The notes under the pieces were generated by a model, which was not told the DNA's origin, made no database searches, and was given only the letters and a program-made list of their open reading frames with translations. From an uncultured Thermoleophilia bacterium (GTDB lineage: Bacteria > Actinomycetota > Thermoleophilia > UBA2241), in contig CAWBNR010000012.1 in assembly GCA_963790185.1 (NCBI GenBank), positions 13,054 through 77,053 of the forward strand: a DNA stretch of 64,000 bases, in the 5' to 3' direction. Shown in pieces: positions 33,521 through 42,398 of this stretch. The position numbers and the translations under genes were made by a program. How positions within the stretch are numbered: the first letter of the stretch is position 1; every line of letters starts with the position of its first letter.

Positions 33521-34105
33521 TCAGCGGCCGTGAGCCGGGGAAGCGGTGACCGTGTGTCGCTGGCCTTCGGTCACCGTCGCCGGCGCCGTCTGGCGCGCGC
33601 GCACGAGTCCGAAGACGGAGAGGATGAGCAGGATGCCGGCCGCCGCAAAGGCGACGATGGCGGCGATCCAGGCGATGGCGCCGAGCGTCGAGAACGCGTA
33701 GGCCTGCAGCAGCATGCTTCGCAGGGTCGTACCCATGAAGAGGGTCTCGCGCTGCGCCTGCAGCCCCGCGTTCTCCGGGTCCTCGCGAGAAGCCGCGCTC
33801 ACCTGCGAGTATGTCTGGCCGTCGGCGATCTCGTCCAGGTGGGACTGGATGTACGCGGCGTAGGCGTTCGCCTGCTCACCGGTCACGACCTGCTGACCGG
33901 CGTACTTCTGGAGTTCGGGATACTGTTCGGGATCCAGACTAGGCCCCGCCGGCGGGAAGCTGATCTGCTGTGCCGTGAGCTGGTCCCGTATCTGGGTCTG
34001 CGCGAAGGAACTTCCCCACGTCAGCAGGCCTCCCGCGACGAGCAGAATGACCACCAAAGAGAGTCCGGCCACGTTGACCCACCTCAAGAACGTCTGGCGA
34101 CTCAT
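33521..34105 (-). CDS. Conserved-looking actinobacterial membrane protein (hypothetical)
   Basis: N- and C-terminal TM helices flanking QIRDQLTAQQISFP...RETLFMGTTLRSMLLQAYAF; start MSRQTF. Confidence 0.7.
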   Translation of the reverse strand: MSRQTFLRWVNVAGLSLVVILLVAGGLLTWGSSFAQTQIRDQLTAQQISFPPAGPSLDPEQYPELQKYAGQQVVTGEQANAYAAYIQSHLDEIADGQTYSQVSAASREDPENAGLQAQRETLFMGTTLRSMLLQAYAFSTLGAIAWIAAIVAFAAAGILLILSVFGLVRARQTAPATVTEGQRHTVTASPAHGR

Positions 34106-34249
34106 AGCGCTGCCCCTTTCCGGCCGGTCTCCGCGTCCGGCGCACAACGATCACCGTCATTCGCAGTTCCTCCGGCCTTCGGAGAGCAGATCCGGAGTGC
34201 ATCCATGTCGAGCAACGCTGCTTCATTTCTTCCACAAGTGAACTCATAG

Positions 34250-34274
34250 TAATCCCTAGGCATATAGGAGATTA
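34250..34274. promoter_or_regulatory. Second candidate Rrf2 operator
   Basis: TAATCCCTA-GGCATA-TAGGAGATTA in an AT-rich promoter region. Confidence 0.4.
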
Positions 34275-34457
34275 CCAAAGGAGGCACAGGGTGGCGTGCC
34301 GCGTCAACGATCAGCCGGCGAGTCGCCGGAGCCGCACGGCGACGAACGTCTCATCAGCGGCTGCCCGGTCGCAGGAACCCGGCGGACCGGGCAGACCGAC
34401 GGGGATCGTCCCGCGCGACGCGCGGGGGAGGGTCTGGCCGCGTGCGCCGCCCCCGCG

Positions 34458-35888
34458 TCAGCCCTGCAGCGGCCGCCGCTCGGGCGTGTCGAGCCAGGGC
34501 CGCAGGCGCTCGTAGGCGGCGCCGGCGCGGAAGACGCTGACGTCCTCGTAGGGCCGCCCGACGATCTGCAGGCCGGTCGGCACGCCGTTGCCGGCGAAGC
34601 CCGACGGCACGTTGAGCACCGGACAGCGGCTGGCGATGTTGAAGAGCGGCGTGAGGAAGGCCTCGAAGTAGTCCGGCAGGTCGACGCCGCCGACGCTCAC
34701 TCCGTGGTCGACGTAGTCGTCGCCGGCGAGGAGTCCCCGAGTCGTCACGGTCGGCAGCAGCAGGAGATCGTGAGCGGCAAGGACGTCGGCGATGGCGCTC
34801 ATGATACGCGCCTCGATCCGCAGGCCTTCGGCGACGTTCGTCTCACGCAGCGCGGCGACGGTGTCCTCGGCCATCTTGATGGCGTAGGGGGTCAGCAGCT
34901 CACGGTATGCGTCGACCGCGGCCATGACGTCGGCGCCGAAGATGGCGCCGAAGTGGACGTAGGTCGCCCGGCGGACGTCCGCCCGTTCGACCGCGAGATC
35001 GACCTCTTCGACGGTCGCCCCGGCCTCCCGGAACGCCTCCGCCGCGGCGCGGGTGTTGGCCGCCACGGCTGGGTCGATCGGCCAGTCGCCGGGGGCGACG
35101 ACGAGGGCGACCTTCATGCCGTCGATCCCGTCGAGCGGGTCCGGGATCTCGAGCTTGGGGGCCACGCAGACCAAGTCACGCGGGTGAGGTCCGCTGATCA
35201 CGTTCTCGAAGAGGGCGCAGTCGGCGACGGTGCGCGCCAGAGGACCCTCGTGGCAGTACTGGTCGAGGTTGTAGGGCGGCTCCTCGGGCACGCGCCCGAA
35301 GGGCGGCTTGAAGCCGACCACGCCGTTGAAGGACGCCGGCAGCCGGATCGAGCCGCCGATGTCGGAGCCGGTGGCCAGGCTGGCGGTGCCGCTGGCGAGG
35401 GCGGCGCCGGAGCCGCCCGAGGAGCCGCCGACGGCGTACTCGGGGTTCCACGGGTTGCGGGTCACACCCCAGAGCCGCGAGTGCGTGAACCCGGCGCAGC
35501 TGAACTCGGGTGTCGTCGTGCGCGCGTGTACGATGCCGCCGGCCGCGAGGATGCGCTCGGCGACGACGGCGCTCTCGTCGGCGATGTCGTCCTTGTGGAG
35601 CAACGAGCCGCCCGAGCAGGGCTGGCTGGCGACGGGCATCTCGTCCTTGATGCCGACGGGGAGACCGGTGAGGGGCCGCGGCGTCTCGCCGCGGCCCATG
35701 TAGGCGTCCTCGGCCCTCCGGGCTGCTACGAGGGCCTCGTCGAAGTAGGTGATGCAGAGGGCGTTCACTGTCGGCTCCACCGACTCGGCGCGGGCGATGA
35801 CCGCCTCCATCAGCTCGACCGGCGAGAGGCTGCGCTCCCTGAACAGGCGCAGGGTCTCGGTGGCCGGCAGATAGCACAGGTCGGTCAT
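34458..35888 (-). CDS. Amidase signature (AS) family amidase
   Basis: GLPVGIKD, VGGSSGGSGAA, TGSDIGGSIRLPA; start MTDLCYL. Confidence 0.92.
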   Translation of the reverse strand: MTDLCYLPATETLRLFRERSLSPVELMEAVIARAESVEPTVNALCITYFDEALVAARRAEDAYMGRGETPRPLTGLPVGIKDEMPVASQPCSGGSLLHKDDIADESAVVAERILAAGGIVHARTTTPEFSCAGFTHSRLWGVTRNPWNPEYAVGGSSGGSGAALASGTASLATGSDIGGSIRLPASFNGVVGFKPPFGRVPEEPPYNLDQYCHEGPLARTVADCALFENVISGPHPRDLVCVAPKLEIPDPLDGIDGMKVALVVAPGDWPIDPAVAANTRAAAEAFREAGATVEEVDLAVERADVRRATYVHFGAIFGADVMAAVDAYRELLTPYAIKMAEDTVAALRETNVAEGLRIEARIMSAIADVLAAHDLLLLPTVTTRGLLAGDDYVDHGVSVGGVDLPDYFEAFLTPLFNIASRCPVLNVPSGFAGNGVPTGLQIVGRPYEDVSVFRAGAAYERLRPWLDTPERRPLQG

Positions 35889-36071
35889 GCGCTCTCCCTT
35901 CATCGCTCGCGGCATCCGGACGAGAGTGGGGCTCCACCCCACCGCCAACTGTAGCTGAAGCGAGCGACCGGCGGACCGTGCAGGGTGTCCGTGGGGGCGC
36001 CTTCCGACGACGCCCCGACCGTCCGAAGGCTAATGTTCTGCCATCGTCTGCCGAAGGTCAGTGGTATCGGC

Positions 36072-38261
36072 ATGCGATGGAACAGAGACAGAGTCGTTGC
36101 CAGGGTCGCCCGCGCGGCGACCGCCCTGATTCTCGGGACGGTCGCCTTCCTCGCGGTCGCCTGGGCGGCGCCACGCACCAGCGAGGCCGTCGGCACGTGG
36201 ATCAAGTCACCGCCGGCGGTCACGACGCGCACCGTGGCCATCGAGCCGCGCCTTCAGGTCGGTCAGGCCGGTCCGGAGAACGCCTCGTCGGCCGAGCGTC
36301 TGCGCAGCGCGCGCGAGGCCGGGCCGGTCACCCTGGACGTCGGCAAGGGCTTCACCATGGTCGGCCTGATGTGCGACGTGCCGGCGACCGGGGCCGAGGT
36401 CGAGGTGCAGCTTCGCACCAGCCTCGACGGCCGCGAGTGGAGCGCCTGGTACGCCGTTCCTCTCGAGATCGCGGGCGACGGCGACAAGGCGCCGCGCGCC
36501 TTCACAGACGCCCTGTGGACCGGCGAGGGCCGCTTCGTGCAGGTCTGCGCCGCGGCCGTGGGCGACGACGCCCCCCTCGCTCTCTCGGGGGTCGAGCTCA
36601 TGGCGCTCGACACCGAGGGCGGGTCCGGCGTCGTCGCGGCGGCCGCCACCACCCTGCGCCAGGTCGTCGCCACGATCTCCGGCGTCAGTCTCGCCGCACC
36701 GGCTGCGGCGGCGGTCGAGACCCCGCTCTGGGTCACGCGCGCCGGGTGGGGCGCCGACGAGTCGTTGCGCACGGGCGAGCCCGCCTACGCCACGGTCAAG
36801 ATGGCCTTCGTCCATCACACCGCCGGAAGCAACAGCTACACCGAAGCGCAGGCGCCGTCGATCGTGCGCGGCATCTACGCCTACCACACCCTCGGGCTCG
36901 GCTGGAGCGACATCGGCTACAACTTCCTCATCGACCGCTACGGCACGACCTACGTGGGCCGCTACGGCGGGCCGCGGCAGGGCGTCATCGGCGCTCAGGC
37001 CTACGGTTTCAACACGGGCAGCACGGGCGTCTCGGTCATGGGCACTTACACGAGTGAGGCTCCCCCGGCCGCGGCCATGAACGCCCTCGGTCGCCTGCTC
37101 GCCTGGAAGCTCGAGGTGCACGGTCTCGACCCGCTGGCTAACGCGAGGATGACCTGCGGCGCCACAGAGAAGTACACGGAGGGCCAGACGGTGACCTTGC
37201 CGGTCATCTCGGGCCATCGCGACGCCAACTACACGGCCTGTCCGGGCGACGCGCTCTACGCCAAGCTCGGCGCGGTGCGCAGCGCCGCGGCAACGCAGAT
37301 CAAGCTCGCTTCCGTCGTCCCCGAGCCCTTCATCGTGACCCTCGGCCTCTCGGCGACCGAGGTCGCGGTCGACACCAAGGTCACCTACAAGGGGACGGTC
37401 AAGACCGCGAGCGGCGCCCCGGCTGTGGGCACGGTGACCATACAGAAGCGCCTCGCCCCCGACGGCGACTGGATCAACTGGCGCTCGGCGACGCTCTCCT
37501 CGACCGGCGCCTACTCGGTCGCCGTGACGATGACCAGCGCGCCGCGGGACTGGCAGTTCCGCGCCCGCATGCCCGGCGACGGCGCCGTCAACCTCACCGG
37601 CAAGAGCCCGATCCGTGAGCTCCAGGTCGTGATCCCGGAGCCGTATGTCGTCACCCTGTCGCTCTCGGCGACCGAGGTCGCGGTCGGGACGACGGTCGCC
37701 TACAGAGGGACGGTCAAGACCGCGAGCGGCGCCGCGGCCGCAGGCACCGTGACCGTTCAGAAGCGCCTCGCCCCCGACGGCGACTGGATCAACTGGCGCT
37801 CGGCGACGCTCTCCTCGACCGGCGCCTACTCGGTCGCCGTGACGATGACCAGCGCGTCGCGGGACTGGCAGTTCCGCGCCCGCATGCCCGGCGACGGCGC
37901 CGTCAACCTCACCGGCAAGAGCCCGATCCGTGAGCTCCAGGTCGTGATCCCGGAGCCGTATGTCGTCACCCTGTCGCTCTCGGCGACCGAGGTCGCGGTC
38001 GGGACGACGGTCGCCTACAGAGGGACGGTCAAGACCGCGAGCGGCGCCGCGGCCGCAGGCACCGTGACCGTTCAGAAGCGCCTCGCCCCCGACGGCGACT
38101 GGGCGAACTGGCGCTCGGCGACGCTCTCCTCGACCGGCGCCTACTCGGTCGCCGTGACGATGACCACCGCGTCACGCAGCTGGCAGTTCCGCACGCGCAT
38201 GGTGGGCGACGGGGTCAACCTGACCGCCTTCAGCCCGATCAGAGGCCTCATCGTCCGCTGA
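36072..38261 (+). CDS. Secreted N-acetylmuramoyl-L-alanine amidase (Amidase_2/PGRP-like) with three C-terminal Ig-like repeats
   Basis: Signal peptide; FVHHTAG, GWSDIGYNFLIDRYG, GHRDANYTACPG; three 105-aa repeats. Confidence 0.88.
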   Translation: MRWNRDRVVARVARAATALILGTVAFLAVAWAAPRTSEAVGTWIKSPPAVTTRTVAIEPRLQVGQAGPENASSAERLRSAREAGPVTLDVGKGFTMVGLMCDVPATGAEVEVQLRTSLDGREWSAWYAVPLEIAGDGDKAPRAFTDALWTGEGRFVQVCAAAVGDDAPLALSGVELMALDTEGGSGVVAAAATTLRQVVATISGVSLAAPAAAAVETPLWVTRAGWGADESLRTGEPAYATVKMAFVHHTAGSNSYTEAQAPSIVRGIYAYHTLGLGWSDIGYNFLIDRYGTTYVGRYGGPRQGVIGAQAYGFNTGSTGVSVMGTYTSEAPPAAAMNALGRLLAWKLEVHGLDPLANARMTCGATEKYTEGQTVTLPVISGHRDANYTACPGDALYAKLGAVRSAAATQIKLASVVPEPFIVTLGLSATEVAVDTKVTYKGTVKTASGAPAVGTVTIQKRLAPDGDWINWRSATLSSTGAYSVAVTMTSAPRDWQFRARMPGDGAVNLTGKSPIRELQVVIPEPYVVTLSLSATEVAVGTTVAYRGTVKTASGAAAAGTVTVQKRLAPDGDWINWRSATLSSTGAYSVAVTMTSASRDWQFRARMPGDGAVNLTGKSPIRELQVVIPEPYVVTLSLSATEVAVGTTVAYRGTVKTASGAAAAGTVTVQKRLAPDGDWANWRSATLSSTGAYSVAVTMTTASRSWQFRTRMVGDGVNLTAFSPIRGLIVR
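37315..38258 (+). repeat. Three tandem ~315-bp coding repeats
   Basis: For example GCCCGATCCG at 37606 and 37921 (315 apart); copies 2 and 3 are nearly identical in DNA. Confidence 0.95.
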
Positions 38262-38402
38262 GTGGCCGACCGGCCCGGGATTGTCCGGCGCCACTCCCGA
38301 CAGTAAGCTGGGAGCCGTCCCGGCCGGCGCCGCCATCGCACTCGCCACCTGCTCTCGAACGCCGGACGGCGCCGTCCCTTCCCGGCAGTCCGAAGGAGCC
38401 TC

Positions 38403-38672
38403 GTGGACCTCATCATCTCCGCCATCGTCCAGATCCTGCAGATCTACATGTGGGTGATCATCGCGAGGGCGCTGTTGTCATGGTTCCCTGTGCGCTACGG
38501 TACGCCGCTCCATAGCGTCAACCAGGTGCTCGTCTCCCTGACCGAGCCGTACGTCGGTCTGTTCCGCCGCTACCTGCCTATGGCGCGTCTGGGCGGGATG
38601 GGTCTGGATCTGAGCCCGCTGGTCGCGCTGTTCGTGCTGATCTTCGTGATCCGCATCATCGCCCGTCTCTAG
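38403..38672 (+). CDS. yggT: YggT family membrane protein
   Basis: IIARALLSWFP...LTEPYVGLFRRYLP...GLDLSPLVA. Confidence 0.88.
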   Translation: MDLIISAIVQILQIYMWVIIARALLSWFPVRYGTPLHSVNQVLVSLTEPYVGLFRRYLPMARLGGMGLDLSPLVALFVLIFVIRIIARL

Positions 38673-38675
38673 CCC

Positions 38676-39980
38676 ATGAGTCCCGGCCGCCTACGTGGGC
38701 TTCGTGAGCGGACCTTCCGCTCGCTGCGCATCCGCAACTACCGCCTGTACTTCATCGCCCAGACGGTATCGATGAGCGGGACGTGGCTGCAGTCGGTCGC
38801 GCTCTCGTGGCTCGTGCTCGAGCTGACGCACAGCGCCGTCGCCCTCGGAGCCGTCGTGGGCATCCTCTTCGGCCCCACGCTGGTGCTCGGCGCGTGGGGC
38901 GGCGTGCTCGCGGACCGCGTCGACAAGCGCCGACTGCTGATCGTGACGCAGAGCTTGTCCGGCGTCTTTGCGCTGGCGCTCGCCGTGGTGACGGCGACGG
39001 GGGTCGTGGAGCTCTGGATGCTCGGCGGGCTGGCACTGCTCACGGGCATCGCACTCGCTCTCGACATGCCGGCCCGTCAGAGCTTCGTCATCGAGATGGT
39101 CGGGCCCGACGACGTGGCCAACGCGGTCGGTCTCAACGCCGTGATCGTCAACGCCTCGCGCATCGTCGGTCCCGCGCTCGCCGGCCTCATCATCGCCACT
39201 GTGGGGATCGCCGCCTGCTTCTTCGTGAACGCGGCGTCGTTCATCGTGGTGATCGGCGGCCTGCTGCTCATGCGTGTCGAGGAGCTGCGGCCCGCGCCGC
39301 TCAGCGCCCGCGCGCCGGGTCAGCTGCGCGCGGGCTTGCGGCACGCTTGGGAGTCGTCGAGCCTGCGCGTGCCCCTCCTCATGATGGCCGTGGTCAGTAC
39401 GCTCGGCTACAACTTCTCGGTGCTGCTGCCGCTGCTGGCGCAGCGCGCGTACGGCCGCGGCCCCGGGAGCTACGGCGTGCTCTCGGCGGCCATGGGCGTG
39501 GGCGCCCTTCTGGGCGCCCTTCTGGCCGCCGGGCGGGCGCACCCGTCGCGGCGCCTGCTCGTCGCCTCGACGCTCGCGTTCGGGGTCTTCAGCCTTGCAG
39601 TCGCGGCCGCGCCCGGGTTCACGTCCGGGCTCGTGCTGCTGTTGCCGATGGGCGCGGCCGCCGTCCTCTTCATCTCGACGACCAACGCCATGCTGCAGCT
39701 GAACGCGGCGCCTGCCATGCGCGGCCGCGTGATGGCGCTGTGGGCGATGCTCTTTCTCGGGAGCACGCCGATCGGCGCGCCCATCGCGGGTCTGCTGGTG
39801 TACGGGTTCGGCGTGCGCTGGGCGATCGCCGTCGGCGGGCTCGCGACGCTGGTCGCGGGCGTCGGTGGGGCATGGGCGCTGCGCCGGCGGCGCCTCGAGG
39901 AGGGCTCGTGCGAGACGCCCTGGTGCCTGCCGGAGACGGAGGAGGCCGGCATCGGTCTGGAGCGCGCCCCGACCAGGTGA
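38676..39980 (+). CDS. MFS transporter
   Basis: SLRIRNYRLYF, GGVLADRVDKRRLL (motif A), MRGRVMAL; about 12 TM. Confidence 0.92.
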   Translation: MSPGRLRGLRERTFRSLRIRNYRLYFIAQTVSMSGTWLQSVALSWLVLELTHSAVALGAVVGILFGPTLVLGAWGGVLADRVDKRRLLIVTQSLSGVFALALAVVTATGVVELWMLGGLALLTGIALALDMPARQSFVIEMVGPDDVANAVGLNAVIVNASRIVGPALAGLIIATVGIAACFFVNAASFIVVIGGLLLMRVEELRPAPLSARAPGQLRAGLRHAWESSSLRVPLLMMAVVSTLGYNFSVLLPLLAQRAYGRGPGSYGVLSAAMGVGALLGALLAAGRAHPSRRLLVASTLAFGVFSLAVAAAPGFTSGLVLLLPMGAAAVLFISTTNAMLQLNAAPAMRGRVMALWAMLFLGSTPIGAPIAGLLVYGFGVRWAIAVGGLATLVAGVGGAWALRRRRLEEGSCETPWCLPETEEAGIGLERAPTR

Positions 39981-40111
39981 GCCGCGCGAGAGGCGGGTGA
40001 GCGGCGCGACGGGCAGGTGAGCCGCGCGCCGCAGGTGTCGTAACATACGGGGTCAGGGATGGGAGCCGCCTGTCGCGCCCACCCCAGTCGCCGTCGGACG
40101 AAAGGCTGCCG

Positions 40112-41377
40112 TTGCTGCTCCAGGGCAACCTCAGGGAGTTCAGCCTCCCGAACATCTTCCAGCTGGTCAAGATGAGCGCCAAGAGCGGCGCGCTCACGAT
40201 CCGGCGCGACGAGGAATGGGGCAAGATCTTCTTCACGAACGGCCTCATCAACTACGCCTTCTCGGTGCCGCAGCAGCTGCCGCTCGGCGAGCGCCTGGTG
40301 CAAGCCGGCATGCTCAAGCGCGCACAGCTCAAGCAGGCGCTGTCCGCGCAGAAGAAGGCCGGCAAGGAGGGACCGCGCATCGGCACGATCCTCCTCGAGA
40401 AGGTGTTTCTCGAGCGGGCGCAGCTCGAGCAGGCCGTGCGCGACCAGATCCAGGACGCCGCCTTCGACTTCTTCAGCTGGGCCGACGGCGAGTTCTCGTT
40501 CAGCGCCGAGGAGCGGCCCGACGACCAGGACATCCTGGTCGAGATGAACGTCGAGAACGTCATCATGGAGGGCTGCCGGCGCATCGACGAGTGGGAGCTC
40601 ATCTTCGAGCACCTCGGGTCTCTCGAGCGCATCCCGCACCTCGCCTGCAACGTCGGCGTCGAGGACCGCGGCGAGGTGCGACTCACGCCCGACGAGTGGC
40701 GCGTCGTCGTACACATCGACGGGCGCGCCGACGTCAACACCATCCTGCGCGACTGCGGACTCGACCGCTTCCACGGCGCCAAGGTCATATACAGCCTCTT
40801 CTCGAGCGGCCTGGTGACCGTGTCGGAGCCGGTCATCGACGGCATCGGCAAGGGGGTGAGCATCTGCGTCCGCGGGCTGATCGACATCTACAACGAGGTC
40901 TTCCTTACCACGCTGACCGACTCGAACGTCACCAAGCAGCTGCGCGTCGAGCTCATCGACGAGAAGGAGATCGAGGTGCCGATCGTGGCCGGCACCCTGA
41001 CGGAGCCCGGGGGTGAGACCGAATCCGAACTCGGCGCCATCGGCGACGTCCTCGTCTACACCTCCGTGAACTCCGCGCCCGAGATCGCCTGGGCGCGCAT
41101 CGCCCGCGACGCCTCGGCTTTCGTGCTGCTGGTCAACGCCAACGATCCCGACAGCTTGCGCGCGGCCCGGCCCGACATCGCCTTCGCGAAGGGGTACGAC
41201 GGTGTGCCCTTCGTGGTGGCGACGTACACTACGATGGTCGACGATGCCGTCGAGCCCGACGCCGCGCGCAAGGCGCTCGGCGTCGGGCTCGACGTCCCCA
41301 TCGTCGCCTGCAGTCTGCGCGACCGCACGTCGGTGACCGGCGTCGTGCGCGCGGCCATCGATCTGGTCGGGGGCTGA
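40112..41377 (+). CDS. DUF4388 (PATAN) - MshEN-like - degenerate small-GTPase-fold protein
   Basis: LQGNLREFSLPNIFQLV...GEFSF (DUF4388); tandem LGxxLVxxG..L..L..Q motifs; C-terminus resembles MglA/CvnD GTPases lacking G motifs. Confidence 0.75.
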   Translation: MLLQGNLREFSLPNIFQLVKMSAKSGALTIRRDEEWGKIFFTNGLINYAFSVPQQLPLGERLVQAGMLKRAQLKQALSAQKKAGKEGPRIGTILLEKVFLERAQLEQAVRDQIQDAAFDFFSWADGEFSFSAEERPDDQDILVEMNVENVIMEGCRRIDEWELIFEHLGSLERIPHLACNVGVEDRGEVRLTPDEWRVVVHIDGRADVNTILRDCGLDRFHGAKVIYSLFSSGLVTVSEPVIDGIGKGVSICVRGLIDIYNEVFLTTLTDSNVTKQLRVELIDEKEIEVPIVAGTLTEPGGETESELGAIGDVLVYTSVNSAPEIAWARIARDASAFVLLVNANDPDSLRAARPDIAFAKGYDGVPFVVATYTTMVDDAVEPDAARKALGVGLDVPIVACSLRDRTSVTGVVRAAIDLVGG

Positions 41378-41412
41378 GCGGCGCCCCTCATGCGATGAAA
41401 GGACGAGCGTAG

Positions 41413-42384
41413 ATGTACTACCCCAGCTATCGGATGCGACGTCTGCGCCGCACCCCGACGGTGCGCCGCATGCTGCGCGAGACGACGCTGTCCCCCGACG
41501 ATCTGATCTACCCGCTGTTCGTGATCCACGGCGAGAACGTGAACAACCCGATCGAGTCCATGCCGGGGTGCTCCCAGCTCTCGATCGGCAACCTGCTGGC
41601 CGAGGTGCGCGAGGTCGCGCAGCTCGGCATCCCGGCCGTGCTCCTCTTCGGGATCCCGTCGCACAAGGATTCGGCGGCGACCGCCGCCTACGATCCGGAG
41701 GGCATCGTCCAGCTCGCCGTGAAGGCGATCAAGGACGAGGCGCCGGAGTTGCTCGTGATCACCGACGTCTGCCTCTGCGAGTACATGGACCATGGCCACT
41801 GCGGCGTGGTCCAGGACGGCGAGGTCCTCAACGACGTGACCCTCGAGCTGCTCTCGAAGATGGCGGTCACGCACGCCGAGGCGGGCGTCGACCTGGTCGC
41901 CCCCTCGGACATGATGGACGGGCGCGTCGCCGCGATCCGCAACGCGCTCGATGACGAGGGTCTCTACGACGCCGGCATCATGGCGTACTCGGCCAAGTTC
42001 GCCTCGGCCTTCTACGGTCCGTTCCGCGAGGCGGCCGAGTCGACGCCGTCTTTCGGCGATCGCAAGACCTACCAGATGGACCCGCCCAACGGTGAGGAGG
42101 CCGTCCGCGAGGTGCTCCTCGACATCGAGGAGGGCGCCGACATCGTCATGGTCAAGCCGGCGCTGCCGTACCTCGACGTGATCCGCGCCGTCAAGCAGGA
42201 GACGCGCTTCCCCCTGGCCGCGTACAGCGTGAGCGGCGAGTACGCGATGATCAAGGCCGCGGCCGAGAAGGGCTGGCTCGACGAGGAGCGCTGCGTCCTC
42301 GAGGCGATGACCGGTATCAAGCGCGCCGGCGCCGACCTCCTCATCACGTACTGGGCGAAGGACCTGGCGCGCTGGCTCGGGTGA
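41413..42384 (+). CDS. hemB: Porphobilinogen synthase
   Basis: RMRRLRR, DVCLCEYMDHGHCG zinc site, APSDMMDG, AYSAKFAS, VMVKPALPYLD. Confidence 0.97.
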   Translation: MYYPSYRMRRLRRTPTVRRMLRETTLSPDDLIYPLFVIHGENVNNPIESMPGCSQLSIGNLLAEVREVAQLGIPAVLLFGIPSHKDSAATAAYDPEGIVQLAVKAIKDEAPELLVITDVCLCEYMDHGHCGVVQDGEVLNDVTLELLSKMAVTHAEAGVDLVAPSDMMDGRVAAIRNALDDEGLYDAGIMAYSAKFASAFYGPFREAAESTPSFGDRKTYQMDPPNGEEAVREVLLDIEEGADIVMVKPALPYLDVIRAVKQETRFPLAAYSVSGEYAMIKAAAEKGWLDEERCVLEAMTGIKRAGADLLITYWAKDLARWLG

Positions 42385-42398
42385 GGCGGGTGGCAGGC

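Noticed and set aside
35950-36045. c-di-AMP (ydaO) riboswitch upstream of the cell-wall amidase
   Set aside because: The context fits and GCTGAA...GGGGCG...GCTAA are present, but I could not build the conserved paired regions or the GGGGGACCC and CCCGAACCCG motifs.
37315-38258. CRISPR-like or non-coding repeat array
   Set aside because: The units are 315 bp, in frame and protein-coding, with no spacers and no cas genes.
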